Shown here in pieces: positions 38,717 to 48,858 of a stretch of 64,000 bases of DNA. A program made the position numbers and the translations under genes. The stretch covers positions 2,302,932 through 2,366,931 of the forward strand of contig NW_019091356.1 in NCBI RefSeq assembly GCF_001949145.1, read 5' to 3'. Below the pieces are notes generated by a model. It worked only from the letters and a program-made list of their open reading frames with translations, searched no databases and was not told the DNA's origin. Positions within the stretch are counted from its first letter, which is position 1. The number at the start of each line of letters is the position of its first letter. Source of the stretch: Acanthaster planci. Its lineage: Eukaryota.

Positions 38717-41700
38717 ATGGCGAATGATACATGGTGCATTCAGGTACCAGTGATCCTTGGGAATATCTCGGTCTGCCGCGGTTGCAACGTCACTCACACT
38801 GAGGAATATGTGAAGCCGCCCGAGCTGCCGGATCTTTCGAAATACAAGAGCAAGTGTACGCAATGGCCCCGCGGTATGTTACACTTGCCCAAATTCTCTG
38901 CTTATTTAATTTTTTTCGAGAATTTTGATTTAGGGCCTACTCTCCTTTTAAAATTTTGTCTACACTGGCAGCAGCCCTGTTGCCAGCTTCAGAAATTAAG
39001 GGGGCACAGCATCAGATAGGGAGCTACATAACAAGAACAAAACATTTGTATGCTTATGCTGTTTAACTGATGGGGGACAGCTTCTCACCGGGTGGTAGGC
39101 CCCATCAGGGCCCCCTTGGCGACGGGCCCGACTGACAGGTATCAGTTGATTCCAGTATTTGGAATGGTGTAAAAGTTGGATGTCAAAAGTATATTGAAAA
39201 AGTATTCACGGGGGACACCAATGGTTTGTCCAGGAATGGATGAAGGGTGGATGAAGGGATGGGCCAAAAACTCCGGACAATTATTCATTGGGAAGCTAAT
39301 TGCTAACATTTTTACATAAGCCTTCATAGTTTCGGAAATTGGTCAATTATAACGGGTCCGACTTCATGATAAACATTAGTTTTGGTTCATGCACCGATAA
39401 TGAAAGCATTTCTTTTTTGTTATCCCTTCAGCCCATCCGTGTTGCGAACCTTGCCCTACAACCACTGAACCACCAACTTCCACAGGTACCAGCCTATGCA
39501 TTGTCTACGTTTAACCCACTGAAACTCAAACCGATAATTTGCCTACCACCTCACTGTGTAATCAAGTCTGTCTTTTTTTTCAATCAGGCTTTTTCTCTGT
39601 ATCTAGTTTTGCTTGTGATTCCCAGCCACTTCCTGATCTTACTCCCATTATAGATGATCATTCTGTATATTCGCAGATTACTGAGGACTGAACCGTGGGC
39701 GATTTAGGGTGAAAATGGTTAATAGGTTCTGAAAAAGATTAAGTCATCGAAACAATACATCCATTTGAAAGAAGAAATTACACTCTCACCTGTGTTATCG
39801 TATTGCTATAGTTTAAATTGGAGGGAATGAATGGATAACAAAGTGTAAGCAAATAAAAAAAGTAAGCAATTACACCAATGAATAAATGAATTAACATCCA
39901 CATCCATATTGTCGAGCGATACCATAACTCTACCTTTGACTACAACTGTTGCGATGGCAGCAGTTGTTAAAACAATTTCTACTGTAAAAATGTTTCTTAC
40001 AGCCGTCGCTTAACAGCAACGGATACAATCATTACCGCCGCAACAGGTACAACCATTATAGGTACGACCATTGCCACTGCAATAGGTACAACCATAACCA
40101 CCGCAACAGGTACAACCATTGTAGGTACGACCATAACCACCGCAACAGGTATAACCATTATAGGTACAACCATTGCCACTGCAATAGGTACAACCACAAC
40201 CAACGCAACAGGTACAACTTTAAGCACCGCAACAGGTACAACCTTAACCACCGCAACAGGTACAACCTTTATAGGTACAACCATTGCCACTGCAATAGGT
40301 ACGACCATCAATGGCACAACGGGATTCACCCCAGGCGGCACTATTACATCTACGGTTACTCCTCAAGTTCTTCCTAATGTTACTTGGATGTATTCGCTTT
40401 TCACATTGCTTGGATTCATGGTCTTCCTAGCCATCATTAATTGGCGTAGAGCGTAAGTGCTTCGTCCTGGTATTGGAATTATGGTCAGACATTTTTAGTG
40501 TTGGATAGAGCTGGAATTAGGTTTTTGTTGAGAAAAAAATGGCTCTCAAAACGTAACAGTGTTGTTTAAAAACTACATTCCAGTCCGAGTTTACAGAAAA
40601 TAGAAGGCGTAGAACGTAGAGCGTAGCAGTGTTGTTTAAAAACTGCATTCCAGTCCGAGTTTACAGAAAATAGAAGGCATGGAAATATATCCATATCTTG
40701 ACAATAGACTGCGCCACACGCATGACAGCTTTTGTACACAGAGGCCCACACGGGTAAAACTGGGGAATCACCAATGACGCATATTCATCAGAGGGATGGA
40801 GCATTCAGCGAAGCGTGCATGTTCATGCGGCGCCATTATACCGACGTCATTTTCCTCGTCCCTTGTTCCTGGGCAGTGTCTTCCAATGACCTGTTAAAAA
40901 GAAATGTGGTCATGAAAAGGCTCAGCACTTACAACAAGTTGAACCTTCCGGGAAAAGTTTAACCCCGTACCCATGCGTTGGCAGTCAATGGTACAAGGCT
41001 TATCTATCGTTTCATTCAAGGAAATGATTTGCAGTTTCTCCGTCTGTTGCTCATTCTAAAACGTTGCTTGCCAAAGAAAAAAAACGAAAAGTAGCTTTCA
41101 TATACAGACAACACTGTGCGTAAAAACCTATTCGCTTGAGAACTACAGCTCCCTCAAACGGTCAAATCTTTTAAACATTTTAAGATTCATCATTTGTGTG
41201 TATTTTCTTTGTTTGCTCGTTTAAGTTCTTCTTTTTTTTTAATAGTCGTCGAGTTTCAAAAGCCACCCAAAAGAAAGACGACCAGATTTTACTTGTCTAC
41301 CCTCCGAATCCGTCATCCAAGAAGTAAGAAACAACATTTTAGGAATTCCGTTTTACAACAAATGTATTGTTTTTAAAAAAAGTCAATCTCTACAGCCCTA
41401 ATGATGTTTTAGTGTTGTGTTTGTAAACCACAAAGTAATGAAAAGTAGCTTATCCAAGTATTGACTGGGTGACATGTTTTTTTGGGGGGGGGGCTCACAG
41501 CTGGTCTTCTTACCTTAACAATATGCTCCCTTCCTGGAAGGGAACTGTGCGACGTACACTGTTCCAATCATCTTTCAGAGAAGTGTATGAAAACAATCAG
41601 CGACTCTTTTTTCAATGACCCCCTTTTGATCAGTGCTTGTGTGTTGACAAGGATGATTTACCTTCAACATGTATTTGTGCATACGCAGCTACAACCACGT

Positions 41701-42189
41701 CGTGTTTTATTATGAAAGTGTTGTGACTCACAAGACAAAAAGAAGTATACATCTCAGTTCTTGTCACCTCTAACGCGTGACACCAAAACTCTCGTTTGTT
41801 GATGACGGTAACATGAGTGAATGAATGGTTTTCGCAGGCTTATTACTTTCAGGATGTTGGTCATACAAGAAAGCCTTTTGATCTTTATTCATTGTGTTGC
41901 CTGCAGGTATTACAGATTGCGTTTCGGCACGTCAAAACCCTCCCCTGTTCCAGACAGTCCACCAGCCCAGAAAAACCCGGCTTTCGAAAACGATTACGAG
42001 AAGGAGCCCACCCACCCTATGATGGAGTCGACAGCCCCGGCCAACAATCAGGGTTACGTGAGCAATGTCGAGGATGAAACTGGCGGGTCGGACAAGGACT
42101 TTGGAGACGCCAGTCTGGCAAGGGTTAAGCTCCAACCTGATCCGAATGAAAAGAAGTCTTCGGAGAAGATGAAAGGTGAGGATAATTAG
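38717..42189 (+). CDS. Paralogue C: uncharacterised single-pass membrane protein with mucin-like Thr stalk, 309 aa
   Basis: Exons 38717-38873 (MANDTWCIQVPVILGNISVCRGCNVTHTEEYVKPPELPDLSKYKSKCTQWPR), 39432-39485 (AHPCCEPCPTTTEPPTST), 40017-40452 (GTT repeats, TM WMYSLFTLLGFMVFLAIINW) and 41907-42189 (YYRLRFG...KGEDN*). Phases 1, 1, 2. Confidence 0.8.
40017..40330 (+). repeat. Coding minisatellite of interleaved 24-nt (GTTITTAT-type) and 15-nt (GTTII-type) units in the paralogue C stalk
   Basis: Recurrent ggtacaaccattgccactgcaata, ggtacaaccataaccaccgcaaca and ggtacaaccattata units, all in frame. Confidence 0.9.
40557..40678. repeat. Local tandem duplication, period ~70 bp, intronic
   Basis: cagtgttgtttaaaaact(a/g)cattccagtccgagtttacagaaaatagaaggc occurs twice. 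Confidence 0.9.
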
Positions 42190-44977
42190 CCGGCTCGGAA
42201 TCTGTTGTTTGCGTCCGTGGTCTAAACGGAGAGGGCGAAGACACAGAACGATAGTAAACACTGGTAACAAAAATGAACCTAACATGAACTTGATTGAAAA
42301 TTGGCTTCATTAGTACAAAAATCTGCTCTTAAAGAAAAAGGTAAAGAAACTTTTTGTTGCATGTTGAAGCTGCGTTTAGATTATTGTGTAACTGGATCGT
42401 AATTTCTGTTTTCTTAATTTTTTTTTACTGCACAGTAGTCACACAGAATTTACTTTCTCTAACGGTTCTCGATCAGTTCCTAAGTAGGGACAAACAAATA
42501 TATAAAATGTTATAAGTGTACAACCAACTTTGCACAGAGACTCTGTTCGGAAGTAAACAGGCATGCGCATGAGCATTCGGGTTGAACATTTCTTGCTATG
42601 GCGCCTAACAAACGATCCTAGAGGTACTGTTATCGTGTATGACATTGTCTGCTGAGGAGACTCCTTTGAGTAGAGCCATGCAATCGGGTCCAAGTCCGCG
42701 GCAACCGGCTGGAGTGAATAGTCATTCAAACAAATAGCGTAACCGGGAGGGGAGGATTTCTGATAAACGAAGATACAATAGTCCATGGGCGGATATTTCT
42801 TGTTTACATGTGGGGGGTGATTTCTGAAAGCTCAACGCGGCCTGAATCCCAGGCAAGTAAGGAATCCGTGTACTAGATAAAGACGCGCGTAGTCGTGACT
42901 GGAACAAGTGGGGTATGCTTATCTTTGTGTGTGTGTGTGGGGGGGGGGGGATATATCCCGCATCCCCCGGGATCTCTGCCCACGTAGAAGGCCTCTGTAC
43001 ACCGATACCCCACATCTACTGTTCTGGTTACTAGCTCTGATCATGGAGGAATAAAACACATTCCTCCATGCTCTGATATAGCTGAACATCCTGGTCCCCG
43101 GGGGGGGGGGGTGAAAGAGGATGATGATATTGCACTATTAAGTAAGCATCAGGTGACATGAAGTACACGCGGTGACAAATCCTGGGCGTGCCACTGTATT
43201 CAATATGTAAAGCGGAAAGACGGGACATTGTAACCCAGATTGTATTGCAAATGTAAACGCTATTTTCGTTATGTGTTTTTGCTTTTACAACTTATTACAT
43301 AGATTTATCTTCATGCGTTATCTAAAATGTAAGCCAGTGATTCGGTTGGAATTGTTTTCGTTATAGAGCATTACTTTAAAATGTTGCAATTCGCTATGGT
43401 AGCATAAATAACAGTAAGCAAATACAATAAAATCAGGATAAAAACAAAAGAAGACAACAGCTTGTAGTTGAGGTCAAACATGCAGACTGTATATTTAAGC
43501 TTTGTATGAAAGAAAAGTAGGCCTGCCTGTACCAAAGATAAACAGGTACACACCAACCATATTGGGGAAATTCCTTTTAATGCGCTAGAATAGTGTAGGA
43601 ATGGCTAGATTGCTTTATTAATTAAGATAAAGTTTACAAACTAATCATTTTTAAATGTGTTAAACAACTTCTCAAGTTTCACAGTACATGTTTTTACAAG
43701 AAACATAACTAATTGGAACGAGTAAGCAACTTAGTGTCGAAATGAAAGTTTACAGGCGTTCGAAATTTGAATTTTGTGTCATTCGTAAAATTTTGCATAA
43801 CTGGTTTATAGGGCTGAATTACTGCTTTGGTTGGTGGTTAAAATATATGTGTAAACATTTGGGATAATACGTATAGCGTGGCGCCCTTCCAAAGTACATT
43901 CTTCCTTAAGTACTTGATTGTTATATTGAAAAATACTTGTTGCTATTCCGCATGAGAGTGGATTCCTTTGAAAAGCTGTTGCAAATTATGAGGGAAAACA
44001 TGTTGTGTCGAATTAATGATGACAATGGCTTATTCAGGCAAACTGCAAAAATTAAACCCATAAAAATACGATACACTTTACAAAATAAATCAAACATATT
44101 ACACTATAAAGGACATTAAATTTCAGAATAAATCCACTGACAGGACGAAGAAAAAGAGAATGAGAGACTCTCTATGACAGAGCAAAACCCCAAAAGTGAA
44201 TTCGAGCACTGTCGCCCAAAGGGCGTGCCTCCCCATATCTTCCACAACGAGCAACACGAATAAAGATATGACACGGTATATAACAATGTAACATACAATA
44301 CACGAGGGGTCAGGATACAGAGATACAATACACTGAGACGGGATACATAAATATCGCAAAAATGTGGAAAATTATATAAATATATTATATGATATTGTAA
44401 GTGTGCGCTGAGTGAGTACACAGTCCTATATGAATTAAACGGAATATCACCTACAGTGGAAATATCGTTGTGTTTGTGTGAATTTTATGGTGCACTGCAG
44501 TTTTATGCTTCAACCAATGGTTGCCCCCTCTACCCGTAGACCGTGTCAGTTGGTTGTTTTCAAAGTTATATCAGCAACTATTAACATGAGATGAGGGTCA
44601 TCATATAAGCTGCAAGCACTCAATGTGAAATGTTAATCCGCGCGCATAGATTATATGACGGAAACATGGTAAACGATTCCACAGATGAGGTCTAATGTCA
44701 TCTGAGCGGATGTGCAATTCCCTGAGCGTGGACAACTCGTGAAACTTGAACAGTTTCTGAGACTGACCACATTGCATGCTGCATGGCTCGTCCAGCCTGA
44801 TTCGCGAAGAAATTTACGACTCACTTGAGTACCGTTCTCATGACTCCCAAGAATATTGTCTTGGAGGAAAAATTATTGCTTAACTGGCAGGACTTACGCT
44901 GTCGTTTCGCTGTCGTTTTGCCCGCAACGCCAAGCTCGGTAAATATGATTCTGTGAAAGGAAACTGTGAGGATCATC

Positions 44978-46389
44978 ATGGCGTTCCATGCATACACAAA
45001 CCCCGCAGACAGGAGGCCATGCATCCGCAGCATGTCTGCTGGGTCTGGTCAGAGCAGCGGCAAAGTCCCGTGTTCATGTAGCGACAAGGAAGTTGATGCG
45101 TTACCCAAACTGCCCTCCATTCCTAGCTGGCTCTGCACTGGTGGTATGTACTTTCTTTTTCACGGAGAATGTTTTGTTAATTTTCACACTGAATGCAAAT
45201 GGGTATTCATGACATACATCGACCTTATGCACTTTTTCCGTCTTGTTTTCTGAGACCCTATTAAAGGCGTCGGTACTCATACTGTAACTTAATGCACTCG
45301 ATTTTGAGGTTAGTGATTTAAAATTGTATTTTAAAGATTACAAAGGAAGAATATACAAAATTAACTGATTTTTAAAACTATTTTTAGGAAACAATTTTCC
45401 CTGTAATTAAAAATTGATAGATACAGTTTTTAAATTCTAAAACGTCTCGATTCATAAAATCTTACACATATTCTTTAGGAATTAAAAACAGAAAGTTAGA
45501 ATTTTAAAAGGGAGACAGAATTATTTTAAAATGTCTCATCTGCCCAGTCCACGCCTCTATGCTTTGTAAAAGCAGGATTCTTATAGACAAAAGGGCATTA
45601 AATTTCTCATTAATTTTGTCTCAAACTTGAGTACATGGCCTACTTTTAAAAGATACCGCAACCATGATACTACATGGCGGTGATGATTTGTTTAACTTAA
45701 AAAAAAAGGCAATTTTTTTATTATAAATAGGTAAATGTACTGGCAACCTGACAACCATTTCCCCACTCGTCACCTCGACCGTCACCACCCTGGTGACTTT
45801 GACCCCTCCTCCAGCTCTCGATTCCTGTAGTTGGGTGTGGTGCCTGTTCCTGTTGCTTCTCCCGTTGTCTGCTGTCGTCACGTACAGCGTGTAAGTCTTG
45901 AGTTTGAGAATTTTGAAGATCAGCGATGTAAAAATAAATACTGCAGCCCCGCAACGCATCGTCCCACGCAAGGGTGGCTGTTGAATTCAAGTTGAGAAGT
46001 ACTGCGTTTTTATGTTTCCTTAAGTGGCTTAGAGTGCTGTCCGGTGTATTATTTGGTGTTTCCACCCTCTTGCCAGGTACAAATACAGTTTTCCGTCTCC
46101 TGTAACTTCCAAGACGTCAAACAATGTCGATGAAGACTCTGCAGATCCACTCTCCGACACTGTCTTGAGGTATGAAGAGCTACCGGTAGTCATCCCGTTG
46201 ACAAATTCGCGTTACGCAAGCAATGCAGAGGACGTAACTGGGACGCACGGGGCCGGAGACGCGGCGAGCGGACAGTTAAACCCCGAGGAGGCAGACGAAT
46301 TCAGCCCCGAGGCAGAGACTGAAGAGGCTGCAAAAATTCTCGGGGGAAAAGTTGATACCAAAGATGTGGACTGTTCTTCTGCCTCCTGA
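44978..46389 (+). CDS. Paralogue D: uncharacterised single-pass membrane protein, 212 aa
   Basis: Exons 44978-45143 (MAFHAYTNPADRRPCIRSMSAGSGQSSGKVPCSCSDKEVDALPKLPSIPSWLCTG), 45731-45890 (GKCTGNLTT..., TM WVWCLFLLLLPLSAVVTYSV) and 46077-46389 (YKYSFPSP...RYEELP...RYASNAEDVTG...CSSAS*). Phases 1 and 2; upstream in-frame stop at 44954; AATAAA at ~47002. Confidence 0.8.
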
Positions 46390-47099
46390 AGGGAATTAGC
46401 AATTGGCTGATTTTGACTGTTCCAAACACCGAGCTGTTTGTTAAATATCAGTAGTATATTAACAGTTTTTTACCGTAGAGACGGGGGTACACAAATAGAA
46501 CAATTGCTTCTTGGTTGCTAAAAGATGGATTTTGATGAGTTTGTTTTTTTCTTTGGGAATTGTATTCTTGACGTGAGAATATGCAGCATGATAACTCGTA
46601 TAGATGTGATAGATTAACTTCAAGATTAAAATGGGATTTTTAAACAGCATTCTCCGATGTTTTACAAGTAATCGTGTAAAAGCTAATTTCTGTTGGGAAG
46701 TCCCTTAACTGTTTATTTGTTAGTCTTGTCCGTCGAAAATAATCTACTTAGTTGTAGGCCTACTTCAAACTATAATAAGGCACGCTGTATCTTTTTACGT
46801 AATAAACTCCTATCATGCATAGTGCGTAGGTCTGAGTACTTGAAACCTTGATTATTTTCCTGTTCCTAGCAGCAATGTTATGCAGCACTCCGACAACAGT
46901 TCTATCTAGTCTCTCTAAAGAAATTTAAAAAAAATGTGCTTCCGGTAGCAGTGGAATACGCTCAGTTTTTAAATTGTTTTGTTATGATATTAGTATATTG
47001 AAATAAAAGCTTACAACGACGTAAATCGAGATCAGAGTAAATGATCCAATTTCAGTGAATGAATTTGGCCTCCACAGGTTTTAAAAAAAAAGTTTCTTT

Positions 47100-47405
47100 G
47101 CTGTGATTGGTGCAAAGTAACCAAACACTCGATTGTGCGGTACTGCCTGGTCAATCTGATTGGTTGGCCGCAAACTTGAGACGGGTTGATTGACCACGTA
47201 CCCAGCTCACCTGCGATGCCTCCGTACGTACATGCGTGCGCATCGCATCTTGTCTTTCAAACCATGCCAGAGTGACTGTGTGCTAGCTAGAGGCTAGGCA
47301 CGTTGGTCGTCACAGCACGCGTTCACCATCAAGTGCCCACCTACTCATGTTTAAAAGCTCAATAATTCGGCAATATCTTGGAGGCACATTCTGGCAAATT
47401 ATTTG
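47100..47405 (+). promoter_or_regulatory. Putative promoter and non-coding first exon of paralogue E
   Basis: ATTGG (CCAAT-box) motifs at ~47107 and ~47159, an NRF1-like TGCGTGCGCA at ~47233, and donor TTG|gtaagt at 47405/47406. Confidence 0.45.
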
Positions 47406-48858
47406 GTAAGTAAAACTTAAGCTAGGCCCTGATTTTATTTTCCAGAAAGGTCCTTGGAACGTGACGTTACTGCTGGTTAGGCAGGAAAATTGAAGTGAAA
47501 CATATTCTGTAACAGTAACTCATCAGCTTGTGAAGTTGTAATGTACATGTAGGCCCATAAACAAGTGACCTTGAAAATGATGTCGGCCCACTGTGGCATG
47601 TTTGTGCAAGCTAGCGAGAACTCATATATGAAGAATACTGATTTGCCCTTAAAATGCTATAACAGCTGTCCGAAAGTGAATGAATTTTAGCTATAAAGTT
47701 ACGATGCATTTACGTCATGTACGTAGAAAACACAGGCCTAGTTTTTTTTTTCTAATGACCTAAGCTTGGGCACGTAGACTTGTTTGGTTTAACGCAGAGG
47801 GCGTACACTAGCTGGATAAAATGGAGGTAAGGCTTGATGAGCCTAATCAGGTATCTTCCTTTATGGGGTTGATATTCAGTGGCTTTGACTGATCTTATAA
47901 TTACTCCCAGAGCCTTGAGTTACACTAGCTCAAGGGTGTGCCTCACAACTTTGGGAGTTGGCTGATCTGTAGGCTAAACTCAGAAGACAAACTTGGCAGT
48001 TTTTCGACATCTTTTTCACTCACTGCGAAGTCACCACTGCACAAATAACTCAGTTTACGAAACGTGAACAAAAGCGAACAGCCCGCAAGCCACATTTTTG
48101 CGTGTCGTGTCAACTTATAGCTGATCAAATTTTTCATTTTATCTACCATGTCTATGTATCTCATGGACATAATGGGAGGGAAAGGATAGGAAAGAAAAAA
48201 TGGAAGGAAAATAATGACAGAAAATTGAAGATACGTACTGCACTTTGAAGAACATGATTGGGTGTTATCATTAGCATAAGTGGTTGGCAGTGCTCCAAAT
48301 CGTTTGTGTAATTATTTACCATATCAACCTCTGCCCCACTGCTGGGAAAAACCAGACATTTTTCTGTGCCTACACACTGTACGCTTTCATCTGCACCAAT
48401 AGGGAACTGGCTTTGAATGATAAAAGTCTGTTATCGGGGAGTGTCTCAGTGTCATAAAAGGCCTGTGCTTTGACTGATCACTAACCACAGATCTATTGTG
48501 GTTACAAGGAAATAAAATAGTTCAGTAAAAATACAAGCATACATTGAATTTGTGCTGTTCTGGATGAACTGTATGGAAAACTACATTCTCAGTTTCCGGG
48601 TATTTTTGTTGGTTTATTTGACTGGTTGGTTGTAACAACGACCGCACCAACAGTTCCTCATTAATTGTTGGAATTACACGTACTGTATTTTTTCCCAATT
48701 GTAGTGCTAGCCCCGTTATAATTGTGGATTTTATGTGATTATTTGAATGATGTGAAGAAGTGAACGCTGGTGATTTGGGCCCTAAACTGCTGTCCTGATC
48801 GCTTTGGGAGAAGAGGTATGTTTAACCAACAAGCGAGCTTCAAAATTCAAAGTCCACG

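Noticed and set aside
40003..40016. Stronger-looking acceptor ttcttacag| at 40002 for the paralogue C stalk exon
   Set aside because: In phase 1 it gives an immediate TAA; the acceptor at 40016 keeps the frame.
39997..40341. Minus-strand Val/Pro-rich 114-aa ORF
   Set aside because: Antisense shadow of the Thr-rich coding repeat of paralogue C.
40557..40678. Direct repeats considered as CRISPR-like
   Set aside because: Only two copies, eukaryotic intron, no spacers or cas genes; a simple tandem duplication.
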